This document shows positions 9,298-18,162 of a DNA stretch of 64,000 bases, one piece after another. The stretch is from Candidatus Norongarragalinales archaeon (GTDB lineage Archaea; Micrarchaeota; Micrarchaeia; Norongarragalinales; Norongarragalinaceae). Within the stretch, counting starts at the first letter, position 1. Every line of letters starts with the position of its first letter. The DNA lies in contig JAWABJ010000002.1 of the NCBI GenBank assembly GCA_038884755.1, forward strand, positions 1-64,000, read 5' to 3'. A program made the position numbers and the translations under genes. Under the pieces are notes generated by a model. The model was not told the origin of the DNA, made no database searches, and was given only the letters and a program-made list of their open reading frames with translations.

Positions 9298-10599
9298 ATG
9301 GAAATAAGTTTTCTCGGCGCAGCCAAGGAAGTCGGCAGGAGCGCCATAATGGTGAAAGGAAGGCGCAGCTACCTAATGGACTGCGGCCTGAAAATAAGCG
9401 GAGAAAGCGAAGAATACCCTCTCGTCGAAGAACGTGACGCGAGAAAGCTCGACGCGGTAATCATATCCCACGCGCACTTGGACCACTCGGGCTACGCGCC
9501 CTCGCTAACTGCAAAAGGATATCGCGGGAAATACTGGATGACAAAGCCCACCCGCGATTTGGTGCAATTGCTGCTTTCAGACTACTTAGGCATAGAAAAG
9601 GCGACGCACGCCTACACGCAAAAAGACTTGAACCACTTTTTGAAAAACATCCAGGTTCTGGAATACGAAAAGCGCAGGGACGAAATCACGTTTTTCGACT
9701 CGGGGCACATCCTCGGAAGCGCCATGACGCTTGTTGAGGATTCGGGACACAAAATCCTTTACACTGCGGATTTGAACACGCGGGAAACGAGACTTTTGGA
9801 AGGTGCAAAAAAAGGATTGCACGCCGACACGCTCATAATCGAATCCACTTACGGCTCGACCTCGGACCAACACCTTTCAAGCAAGGAAATCTATGCCTCG
9901 CTAGTCAAGGAAGTAAAGCAAACGCTCGACCACAACGGCAAAGTCATAATTCCCTCTTTCGCGATAGGCCGCGGGCAAGAAATCCTATTCACTCTGGAAA
10001 ATTACCTAAAGTCAAAGATGCTCCCCCCGACGCCCGTCTACCTCGACGGAATGGTCAAAAAGGCATTGAGAATTTACAGGCATAATGCAATTTACCTGAA
10101 AGACGAAGTCAAACGACGCATTTTGACTAGCGACGACGACCCGTTCAAATGCGAATACTACACGGCGCCCGAACGCAAAGACCGAAGCGACGTGTTGCAA
10201 CAGGAAAAGTGCGTGATTGTAACGACAAGCGGAATGCTCAACGGCGGGCCCGTGCTGTTCTACCTCAAAAAACTGGCGGGCGACCCGAAAAACAAGCTCA
10301 TCTTAGTAGGCTACCAAGCCCAAGGCACCCGCGGACGCCAGCTTTTAGACGGGGCTAACGAAATAGAAATCGACGGCGAAAAGATTGAAGTAAAGCTAAA
10401 AGTCACGCAAGCGAAATTCTCCGCTCACTCCGACCACAAGGAACTCGTGGAATTCGCGCGCAGCATCCGGGGACTGCGAAGGGTATTCGTCCAGCACGGC
10501 GAAGCGAGCAAGTGCGAAGAATTCGCACAAGAACTCGGGCGAAAGCTGCGCGGAGTGGAAGTAATAGCCCCAAACCTCGGAGAAACCGTAAGAATTTGA
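9298..10599 (+). CDS. beta-CASP metallo-beta-lactamase ribonuclease (aCPSF2/Ysh1-like, no KH domains)
   Basis: LGAAKEVGRS, SHAHLDHSG, GHILGS, IIESTYG, FAIGRGQE, SGML.GG, FSAHSD, HGE. Confidence 0.93.
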   Translation: MEISFLGAAKEVGRSAIMVKGRRSYLMDCGLKISGESEEYPLVEERDARKLDAVIISHAHLDHSGYAPSLTAKGYRGKYWMTKPTRDLVQLLLSDYLGIEKATHAYTQKDLNHFLKNIQVLEYEKRRDEITFFDSGHILGSAMTLVEDSGHKILYTADLNTRETRLLEGAKKGLHADTLIIESTYGSTSDQHLSSKEIYASLVKEVKQTLDHNGKVIIPSFAIGRGQEILFTLENYLKSKMLPPTPVYLDGMVKKALRIYRHNAIYLKDEVKRRILTSDDDPFKCEYYTAPERKDRSDVLQQEKCVIVTTSGMLNGGPVLFYLKKLAGDPKNKLILVGYQAQGTRGRQLLDGANEIEIDGEKIEVKLKVTQAKFSAHSDHKELVEFARSIRGLRRVFVQHGEASKCEEFAQELGRKLRGVEVIAPNLGETVRI

Positions 10600-10608
10600 A
10601 GGGGGGAA

Positions 10609-10857
10609 TCAAACGAGCTTGTCGTACTGCGCCTTCATGCCTCTCGTCAAAAGCCAGTCGACCCTGTTTTCCCTCGCCTTTCGCTGCACATACCCCTTCT
10701 TCTCCAAAAACTCCAGCACCCTGCCGATAAACTCGTTGTCCCTCGCCAACTCCTGCGCCACTTGAGTGGTCGACAAAGCAATAGGAAAAGAGTCGTACAA
10801 AACGCGAAGCACGCTCTCGGCTATGCGCTCGAAATTCTTCTGCGAAATTCTCGACAT
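10609..10857 (-). CDS. small winged-helix DNA-binding protein
   Basis: From ATG 10857: MSRIS...LST.QVAQELARDNEFIGRVLEFLEKKGYV...WLLT. Confidence 0.7.
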   Translation of the reverse strand: MSRISQKNFERIAESVLRVLYDSFPIALSTTQVAQELARDNEFIGRVLEFLEKKGYVQRKARENRVDWLLTRGMKAQYDKLV

Positions 10858-10923
10858 GGGTATGCGAAAGAAACAAAAGCGTTGGGGAAAATAAACCTTA
10901 TCCGCACGCAGGCTGGTGAAAAG

Positions 10924-12330
10924 ATGAGCAAAGAAAGGGACGAAGAGGGGTTTTTTCAAAGGGCGGAAGAAACGGCCGGCAAAATCCAGGCTATGAAAAA
11001 CCCTTTGCTCGTACACCATTACGATGCGGACGGCATTTCCTCGGGTGCGATAGTCGCCTTTGCATTGAAGCAAAAGGGAATTCCCTTCGAAATGCAAGTG
11101 GTAAAGCGCTTCGACGAAAAAACGCTAGAGCTGTTCCAAGGCAGGAAAGAAATAATCTTCACGGACATTGGCAGCGGGCAAATGCAGCTCGTGAATTCTA
11201 TAGACGCGGAAATAGCGCTGATAGACCACCACCCTGCGCCCGAGGAACCAAAGGAAAGCGTCTTGATGTGCAACCCGCACGATTACGGCATAGACGGGAC
11301 CACGGAATTATGCTCTGCCTCGACCGCGTATTTCTGCTTCCGCCATTTAGGCGAGCGCACCATCACGCAACTTGGCATAGTAGGCGCATGCGGCGATTTG
11401 CAAGACTACGCCCAAAGCGGCTTCGTTGGGCTGAACCGCACGATGGTCGAGGAAGGCGCGGAGAAAGGGCACGTTTTCGTCAACAAGGACTTGCGCATTT
11501 TCGGGCGCGTTTCAAAACCATTAGTTTGGTTCCTCACTTATACGACAGAACCGTTCATTCCGGGATTGAGCGGAAACGAGAAAGCCTGCGCGCTGTTCCT
11601 GCAGGAAAACGGCATTCCAATAAAGAAAAACGGAGAGTGGCTCTGCTACTACGACTTGAATGCAATGCAACGAAAGAAACTTGCATCCGCCTTGATAGAA
11701 TACGGCAAGGAAAAGGGGTTGGAAGACGACGTGCTTGAGACCATGGTGGGGGACGTGTACTTGTTCATGCACGAGCCCGAAAAAAGCGAGTTGCGCGACG
11801 CGCTAGAATTCTCCACGCTGTTAAACGCCTGCGGGCGGCACGAGCAAGCGGCGTTGGGAGTGCGCGTTTGCCTTCACGAACAAGGCGCGTACGCGGAGGC
11901 CAAAGCCATTCTCGCTGAACACCGCAGGCAAATCAAGGCGGGATTGGAATACGCAAAAAAACAGAATATGGACTTGGGCGTTTTCTACTTCCTCGACGCG
12001 CGGGGGGTAATAGCAGACAGCGTCATCGGCATAGTCGCAGGCGGTTTTTTCAACTCAGGAATGGTGGAAAGAAACAAGCCCATCATCGCGTTTAGTTTCG
12101 ACGAGGAAGGGAAAACGAAAATATCCGGAAGGGCGAATAAAACGCTTGTTGAGAAAGGACTAGATTTGGGCGAGGTTATGCGAAAGGCAGGGGAAGCAGC
12201 GGGCGGCTTGGGGGGAGGGCATTCGATTGCAGCAGGATGCACCATTGCAACAACCCGCGAGGCTGAAACGAAATTCTTAAAAAAAGCAAAAGAAGTGATT
12301 CAAGTTCAGTTGGAAATAGTTTCGAAATAA
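10924..12330 (+). CDS. DHH family RecJ-like exonuclease (GAN/Cdc45-like)
   Basis: HYDADG, FTDIGSG, IDHH, GACGD.Q, EFSTLLNACGR, SGR, GGGH.IAAG (DHHA1). Confidence 0.92.
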   Translation: MSKERDEEGFFQRAEETAGKIQAMKNPLLVHHYDADGISSGAIVAFALKQKGIPFEMQVVKRFDEKTLELFQGRKEIIFTDIGSGQMQLVNSIDAEIALIDHHPAPEEPKESVLMCNPHDYGIDGTTELCSASTAYFCFRHLGERTITQLGIVGACGDLQDYAQSGFVGLNRTMVEEGAEKGHVFVNKDLRIFGRVSKPLVWFLTYTTEPFIPGLSGNEKACALFLQENGIPIKKNGEWLCYYDLNAMQRKKLASALIEYGKEKGLEDDVLETMVGDVYLFMHEPEKSELRDALEFSTLLNACGRHEQAALGVRVCLHEQGAYAEAKAILAEHRRQIKAGLEYAKKQNMDLGVFYFLDARGVIADSVIGIVAGGFFNSGMVERNKPIIAFSFDEEGKTKISGRANKTLVEKGLDLGEVMRKAGEAAGGLGGGHSIAAGCTIATTREAETKFLKKAKEVIQVQLEIVSK

Positions 12331-12339
12331 AAAAAACTC

Positions 12340-12391
12340 CGGCCGCGCTCTTTCAACTTTCTGAGAGAGGGGAAGTATCAGAGCGCGGCCG
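12340..12391. terminator. 12-bp perfect inverted repeat between convergent genes, possible terminator or RNA hairpin
   Basis: CGGCCGCGCTCT (12340-12351) and AGAGCGCGGCCG (12380-12391), 28-nt loop, A-run on the left (U-run on minus strand). Confidence 0.5.
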
Positions 12392-12448
12392 CAACCCAAG
12401 CAACCCAGAATTCGATTTCAACCCACCGGTGCTCGGATTAGCATGAAT

Positions 12449-12670
12449 TCACGATTCCTCTTCGATGCATTTTGCGGCAAGCGCCACGTCCTTCTTGGTA
12501 ATGTTCTTGCGCCCGGCGTGCCTCGCCAAGATTCGCGCTTTATGCAAAATCGCCTTTCCATCATCCTCCAAAATTTCGGCGAGCTTTCGGCTCGCGTTCT
12601 CGTCAACCCGCTGTGCGCCGACAGAGCGCAGCAAGAAATCCATTTCAAACAACGCGAATGCCTTAGCCAA
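12449..12670 (-). CDS. archaeal histone (HMf-fold), divergent
   Basis: GAQRV...A...LAEILE...A..LARHAGRKNITKKDVALA; TTG start with GAGGTGG SD. Confidence 0.88.
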   Translation of the reverse strand: MAKAFALFEMDFLLRSVGAQRVDENASRKLAEILEDDGKAILHKARILARHAGRKNITKKDVALAAKCIEEES

Positions 12671-12890
12671 GCCAACCCACCTCTAACGCGCATGGAGCAA
12701 GCTGTCCGCTCCAATACACATTCCACTACACCCACACCCCTCGAGCAAAGGCACACTGCTCTAATCCCACGCGCGCCCGAAGCTTTTTGGGACTAATCCC
12801 AACCCGATTTTCGTTTAAAAAACTGCCGCTTCCACTATTGAACCCCCCGCTTCCTGTATTCAATTTAAACAAAAACACGCATTATTTCGA

Positions 12891-13208
12891 TTGGAGTTTT
12901 TCATGGAATTCACATACAGGCTGTTGGCGGAAGACTTCAAAAAAAAGCTGGAAGCCAGACTGCCGCACCACGAAATCGTCCCGCACCATTTCGAAAGCGA
13001 GTCCATATTGGAACTGCGGCTGGGAAAAAACAAGGAAAGGGTAGAAGACCTGCTGCATGCAATTAGGAAGGTTGCCGACGAGCTCATTGACGAAGAATCC
13101 TACGGGCACACGTGGGGTTTTCACCCTCGGCACAACCCCACAGAAAACAGGATTGAAGTAACACTAGCCAACATGAACAGGATACTCGAAATGCAAAAAA
13201 GACCATAG
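12891..13208 (+). CDS. hypothetical protein
   Basis: Globular-looking ORF; start may be ATG 12903. Confidence 0.55.
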   Translation: MEFFMEFTYRLLAEDFKKKLEARLPHHEIVPHHFESESILELRLGKNKERVEDLLHAIRKVADELIDEESYGHTWGFHPRHNPTENRIEVTLANMNRILEMQKRP

Positions 13209-13278
13209 ATGCTTCCGGCTAAAACACTGGAAAGCCACTCTGCTCAAAAATAAAAACAACAACAGCAGGCTATTGTAG

Positions 13279-14430
13279 ATGAAAAATTCAGCCGACAAAA
13301 CCTATTTCCAGCACATCAAGAACATCAGCGTGCAGTTCGCCAAAAAACCGCTTTCAAACGTGGTTTTCGGCCCTTCACCGCCAAACGTTTTCATTGGCAG
13401 GGCGGGTTACCCGAACGTTTTCGTCGGCCCTCTCGTCAGCGTGGACGAAACGATAGACCCTTCGCTCTCCGACTCGCCCGCGAAATGGACTTCGCTGTCC
13501 TACGAGCAGATTATTGAATTGCGCGCGAGCATGGCGCGCGGAATGAAAAAACACGCCGTAAAGCATTCCTCCGCACTGCTCGAAGAAATGCAGTTGGGAG
13601 TTTTGGCGCAAAAACCGGTGGATATGGAAGTTACTTTCACAAAAAAACCCCAGTTCCACCTTTCTTTCTCAGCATATACGGCGCCAATGGGCCCTGCGGG
13701 CGCGATGGAAACAATGCGTTTGACTGAAAACCCAGTTATCCCAAAGAAAGTCGACGAGCTGGCGGAAGAAAAAATCAAGGTGCGCGACGCGATTCCCGAA
13801 CTCGTAAAATCCGGCTTCGATTACTACTACATGCAAAAGCTCTTGAGCGCGGGAGTGTTGGGAGAAAAGAAAAAACTCGTTCCCACGCGCTGGAGCATTA
13901 CTGGAACGGACACCATTCTGGCAGACCACTATCTCGAGAAAGTCAAAGAAAGCTCGCAAATCGACTCGGTAATGCTTTACTCGCACGAGCACTTCGACAA
14001 CCACTACGAAATTCTTTTGCTGCCGGGGGCGTGGGAGTTCGAACAATTCGAAGCCTGGTCGCCGGGAAGCGATTGGAAAACCGAAACAACAATAGCCCAC
14101 GAATACGAGCCTTTCGAAGGGCGCAGCGACTATGCGGAGAGCGAGGGAGGAGGGTATTACGCCGGGCGTTTTGGAGTGGCTGAAGCATTGTGGAAAATGC
14201 GAAGGCAAGCGAGAAGCGTCGTTTTTCGGGAAATAAGCGAGGATTACAAAGTGCCTTTAGGCGTGTGGCAGGTGAGAACGGGGGTAGAAGGAGCTTTCAA
14301 AAAACAACCGCTGAAATTCGCTTCAGCGAAAGAAGCGTTAGAACATTTGAAGGCCAAGCTCAAGGTGCCGGTTGAAAACTATTTAGCAAAAAGCTCGGTT
14401 TTAAGGCAAAAAACCCTCTCCGAGTTTTAA
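13279..14430 (+). CDS. nreA: Nre family DNA repair protein with C-terminal PIP box
   Basis: GPSPP.VFIGR.GYP.V..GP, KLVPTRWSIT..D, GGYYA.R, PLGVWQVR, terminal RQKTLSEF. Confidence 0.92.
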   Translation: MKNSADKTYFQHIKNISVQFAKKPLSNVVFGPSPPNVFIGRAGYPNVFVGPLVSVDETIDPSLSDSPAKWTSLSYEQIIELRASMARGMKKHAVKHSSALLEEMQLGVLAQKPVDMEVTFTKKPQFHLSFSAYTAPMGPAGAMETMRLTENPVIPKKVDELAEEKIKVRDAIPELVKSGFDYYYMQKLLSAGVLGEKKKLVPTRWSITGTDTILADHYLEKVKESSQIDSVMLYSHEHFDNHYEILLLPGAWEFEQFEAWSPGSDWKTETTIAHEYEPFEGRSDYAESEGGGYYAGRFGVAEALWKMRRQARSVVFREISEDYKVPLGVWQVRTGVEGAFKKQPLKFASAKEALEHLKAKLKVPVENYLAKSSVLRQKTLSEF

Positions 14431-15224
14431 ACCCGCTCCCACTTCAAACCGCTCGCTTCAAACGCGGCTATAAGCTTGGCACGCTGTCCTTTCTTGCAGC
14501 CCTTCCAGTCCAAAAAAGCACAATCGACTTTCTCCGCCGTCTTAGAAACAGCCTGTTCCACTATTTTATCGCCAATGTACTCGAGAGCATGCTTGGAAGC
14601 TATATGCGAAAACGCGAAAGGCAGTGTTTCGAAAGCACTGCCGTAATGCGTTCCCCCGAAACCCAAAGCAACAGGCTTTGAAACGCTTTTCCACGAGCTG
14701 CAGCAGTCAACGATTGCTTTGGCGACAGGCTCGGCCAAACGCGTTTGCACCCACTCTTTCTCGCCGCTACCCAACTCGGCAAAAACCGTTGGCACTGCAA
14801 GCGAAGTCGGGCCGTGATGAGTAGCCTCGCGGAAAACAGGCATTTCGCTTTGTTCCTTTAACTTTTGCAAAAGAAAGTCCAAAGCCCTTGCGCTGGTAAG
14901 CTGCAGTTCGCTTTCGTTTCCGCCCAACGGCGTTTCACTGCCCCAGTTTCCCGGCGCGTGCACCGTATAACACGGCGTACCGCTCTCCGAACTGTGCCTG
15001 CAGGCGAAAACGAACAAGTCGCTCTTGAAAAAAACGCGCAAGAAATCCGTCGCGTAAAGCATGCAGTCGAGCTCCACCAACTGCACCTTACCCGACACGA
15101 AAACCGGCAGCAGTCTTTCCCCCAAATCAACGTGCCCTTTCTCTTCAAAGCCAAAGCTTTCCTTCAAAACGCTGGCGATGGTGGAACTGGCCTTGTCGAC
15201 AGTGGAATAAAAAATTACTGGCAT
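14427..15224 (-). CDS. dtdA: D-aminoacyl-tRNA deacylase (archaeal DTD2)
   Basis: RHSS...P..TVH.PGNW, EATHHGPT, F.ELGS...EW, GFGGTHY, SHI..K, DWK. Confidence 0.92.
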   Translation of the reverse strand: MPVIFYSTVDKASSTIASVLKESFGFEEKGHVDLGERLLPVFVSGKVQLVELDCMLYATDFLRVFFKSDLFVFACRHSSESGTPCYTVHAPGNWGSETPLGGNESELQLTSARALDFLLQKLKEQSEMPVFREATHHGPTSLAVPTVFAELGSGEKEWVQTRLAEPVAKAIVDCCSSWKSVSKPVALGFGGTHYGSAFETLPFAFSHIASKHALEYIGDKIVEQAVSKTAEKVDCAFLDWKGCKKGQRAKLIAAFEASGLKWERV

Positions 15225-15269
15225 AAATAGTATTTAACCGAAACAATCGAATAAAACAATTGTGAAAAC

Positions 15270-16025
15270 ATGGGCGTAGACGAAGACGTTTTCGACAGGC
15301 AAAAGCGCATAGCGGGATGGAACCAAGACAAAGTTTCCAACGCTCGCCTTCTTGTGGTCGGATGCGGGGCGTTGGGAAACGAAGTTGTAAAATTGCTAAT
15401 GCAACTTGGCGCTAACGACGTCACCGTCGTAGACCACGACACTATCGTCAAGGCAAACCTCAACCGATGCGTTTTCTTCACCGAAAAAGACGCCGAGGAA
15501 AAGGCGTTGAAAGCCGAAGTTTTGGCTCGAGAGGCGAAGACAATCAACCAAAACGCGAACGTCAAAGCCGTAACGAAAATGATCGAACTGGCGGAAGAAA
15601 GTTTTTTCGGAAAGTTCGACTTTGCGTTCGGCTGCCTCGACAATCTCGCCGCGAGAATGCACTTGAACGCGCAAGCCTACGGAAAAATGCCGTTCATCGA
15701 CGGTGGCATCAACGGCTTCAACGGGCGCGTGCAAACCATACGCGCACCCTCGCCTTGCCTCGAGTGCGGGTTTGGCAAAGCCGACTACAAACTCTTGTGG
15801 AAGAAATACTCGTGCGTCGGCGAAACCCTCGATTTTCTCGACCCGAAAATGCCAGCGCTCTCGACGAGCGCGTCCATAACAGCCTCTCTGCAAGTAAACG
15901 AGTTCCTCAAGCTTTTGCACGGCGTTGGCGAAACGCTCGAAGGAAAATTCTTGTTCTACGACGGGCTGAAGGGCGAGTTCAAGACGCTGGAAATAGGAAA
16001 AAAGAAAGGCTGCGCGGTGCACTGA
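15270..16025 (+). CDS. ubiquitin-activating enzyme E1 (ThiF/UBA family)
   Basis: FDRQ..I.GW.Q, VVGCGALGNE, D.DTI...NLNR, GCLDN..AR, CLEC, putative catalytic YSC, terminal C..H. Confidence 0.92.
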   Translation: MGVDEDVFDRQKRIAGWNQDKVSNARLLVVGCGALGNEVVKLLMQLGANDVTVVDHDTIVKANLNRCVFFTEKDAEEKALKAEVLAREAKTINQNANVKAVTKMIELAEESFFGKFDFAFGCLDNLAARMHLNAQAYGKMPFIDGGINGFNGRVQTIRAPSPCLECGFGKADYKLLWKKYSCVGETLDFLDPKMPALSTSASITASLQVNEFLKLLHGVGETLEGKFLFYDGLKGEFKTLEIGKKKGCAVH

Positions 16026-16877
16026 TCACTCGAAAGCATCCTTGATTCCCTTTACCGCATCTTCCGCTTTCTTGTCGAACATCAGCTTGAGCTTACGCCC
16101 GCACCGCACGCAATTCCCGCCGCCCTCGGAAAGCGATTCGTAACAGTCTTTGTGGAAAGCAGCCCCGCAAAAACAATGCCCAAACTTCGCCCGCTCAGTA
16201 TTTTTCACGTTTAGCTTGAATTTAGCCTTGCACAATTCGCACGCTTCCACTCCCTCTAAAATCAACGCCTTTCCCGTGTCCGTCGGCTTTTCATTCTCTT
16301 CCTGAGTTCGCTTTTCCGGCTCTTTCTTCTGCTGCCTCTCTACGAACAAGCTCGTTTTCGGAGGCGCGGTCTTAGGCGAGCCTTTCTCCAACAACTCCGC
16401 AAGGTCTGAAGTGGTTTGGGGCGCTGGAAGAATTTGCACTGAAGTGTCTGCGGGAGGAGAGAAAACCCTTTTTTCCTCGCGCCTTTCTTCAAGCGCAGGT
16501 TGGATGGGTGGTTGTTCAGGCGGTTCGGCCGGTTTTGGCAAGGAAATTTTGGTTTTGAGCTTGGGGGCGAATAAATTGTAACCCTTCCAACCCAAGCGAA
16601 GTGTAGAGCGAGTAGCCGCGTCGAAAACAAAAAACCCTTTCTTCACTAAAACATTCAAACGCGCGTTGAAATTCTCAGGGTCTAACGCCGTTTTCTGCAG
16701 TATCGTCGGAACGTCAGTAACCCCGTTTTTCACCAACGCAGCCAAATCCCGGTCAAATCGCGTGAGCTTGAAAACAGGCCCTTTCCTCCGCCCGGCCTTC
16801 TTGCGCGCCCTGGACTTTGCCTCTGCCTTTACAGGCTTTTCCTCCGCCAAACCGATAATGTCCCCGCCAGACTCCAT
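16026..16877 (-). CDS. putative RING-type E3 ligase: wHTH, Pro-rich linker, C4HC3 RING
   Basis: C-x2-C-x18-C-x-C-x4-H-x2-C-x10-C-x2-C at C-terminus; N-terminal RLNVLVKKGFF...LRLGWKG wHTH-like; within the E1/E2/Ub/JAB cluster. Confidence 0.75.
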   Translation of the reverse strand: MESGGDIIGLAEEKPVKAEAKSRARKKAGRRKGPVFKLTRFDRDLAALVKNGVTDVPTILQKTALDPENFNARLNVLVKKGFFVFDAATRSTLRLGWKGYNLFAPKLKTKISLPKPAEPPEQPPIQPALEERREEKRVFSPPADTSVQILPAPQTTSDLAELLEKGSPKTAPPKTSLFVERQQKKEPEKRTQEENEKPTDTGKALILEGVEACELCKAKFKLNVKNTERAKFGHCFCGAAFHKDCYESLSEGGGNCVRCGRKLKLMFDKKAEDAVKGIKDAFE

Positions 16878-16878
16878 T

Positions 16879-17331
16879 TCAAACCACTTTTTTCCTTACA
16901 ACAGCAAACGAAACCTCGCCATACTCTTCACCCTCGAGCTTGAACGCCTTCCACTCACCCTTCAAAGGGTCGCAAACCAACGCGATGTGAAATTCCTCGG
17001 GAAAAAAAGCTTTTTGCGTGCTAACGTCCGTCGACGACAAAAAGCAACCGTACCCGGGATGCGAATGACACCAGCCCAGTATGACCTTACCCCCGTTTTC
17101 CGAAAGCGTTTTCGACAAGTCTTTGAACGCGCTCCTGGAAAAACGCACCGACACGGCGGTCGCGTCGTTTTCCGCCGTTACATAATCCTCAACTACAACA
17201 TACTTTTTGCCTTCGAACGAGAAAACCCCTCCGACCAGGAACCCCAACGCCTCCAAACGCTTTGAAGCGTGGTCTTTGAAATGGGCTGACGCTTTCGCGA
17301 ACGCGCTTTCCTGCAGATAAACGTCAAACAC
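16879..17331 (-). CDS. JAB/MPN+ metalloprotease (Rpn11-like deubiquitinase/maturase)
   Basis: EALGFLVG...ILGWCHSHPGYGCFLSSTD...Q...ALVCDP, an intact JAMM motif. Confidence 0.93.
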   Translation of the reverse strand: MFDVYLQESAFAKASAHFKDHASKRLEALGFLVGGVFSFEGKKYVVVEDYVTAENDATAVSVRFSRSAFKDLSKTLSENGGKVILGWCHSHPGYGCFLSSTDVSTQKAFFPEEFHIALVCDPLKGEWKAFKLEGEEYGEVSFAVVRKKVV

Positions 17332-17355
17332 GCTTTTTCACTTGCAGTGGGTTTT

Positions 17356-17760
17356 TTACTTGAATCCGAAGCGGCCCATGAGCTTGTGGTGCCAGCTTTT
17401 TTTCTTGTCTTTCTCTTCCCAAATCTTTCTAGCCAAGTCCGCAGCCTCCTCCTTCGACAACTCACGCTTTTCCTCGGCTTGCGGGGCGTTGGAAACGGGC
17501 GTAATGTCGTGCAACTGCCTCTTTCTCAGCTCGGCGACGGTAATATCCTGCGCAATAAGCTCTTCCTCGCTCTCGGGCTTTTCGAAAATCGCTTTCACAA
17601 ACGGCTTTTTCTCTACAGACTTTATTATCGGCTTTTGCGTCAGCGGGTTCGTGCCGACCACTTGCTCTTCGCCCTTCCCCTCCAAAGCCCGGGCTGACTC
17701 GGAAAAAGAAACTTCGGCAAAGCCGTCGTCTCCCTTCTTTTTCACGACAGGCTTGTTCAT
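17356..17760 (-). CDS. hypothetical protein, first gene of the JAB-RING transcription unit
   Basis: Charged low-complexity ORF, co-directional with and 25 nt from JAB; ATG 17760 preferred. Confidence 0.6.
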   Translation of the reverse strand: MNKPVVKKKGDDGFAEVSFSESARALEGKGEEQVVGTNPLTQKPIIKSVEKKPFVKAIFEKPESEEELIAQDITVAELRKRQLHDITPVSNAPQAEEKRELSKEEAADLARKIWEEKDKKKSWHHKLMGRFGFK

Positions 17761-17848
17761 TTCCAAACGCCTCTTGAGCAACAGTAATAAACCGAATGCC
17801 GCTTATAATTCTTTCAGGGTTTTAAACAACCAAAAAGGTGATGCGCAC

Positions 17849-18097
17849 GTGGCCGAATTCAACATCGTAGTCGTCCAAACTACTTCAGGAAAAGAAATTA
17901 CTGTCGCAGTAGAACCAGAATTCACCATGGGCAGCGTACTTGAAGTGCTTATTGAAAACCTGCAGCTGAAAGACCGTTTCGTGCTCGCAACTCAAGACAA
18001 CAAAATCCTGAGCCCGGAAACCACTGTTGCAGACGCAGGGCTAACGGAAGGCTCGAAAATCATGCTCATTCCCGACCCCACCGGCGGAAAGCGTTAG
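17849..18097 (+). CDS. ubiquitin-like protein precursor (GG plus KR extension)
   Basis: GTG start after AGGTGA; TTSGKEITVAVEP resembles ubiquitin TLTGKTITLEVEP; KILSPETTVADAGLTEGSKIML...TGG-KR. Hidden at the end of track ORF 17342..18097. Confidence 0.88.
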   Translation: MAEFNIVVVQTTSGKEITVAVEPEFTMGSVLEVLIENLQLKDRFVLATQDNKILSPETTVADAGLTEGSKIMLIPDPTGGKR

Positions 18098-18162
18098 GCA
18101 AATAAAGTTCTCCGTCCTTTTTCGTTCAACAAAGTCCTTCCCTCCCCCCCACCGTGAGTATA

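Noticed and set aside
17342..17848. N-terminal 169 aa of ORF 17342..18097 as a ubiquitin fusion
   Set aside because: Antisense shadow of 17356..17760; the ubiquitin has its own SD and GTG start
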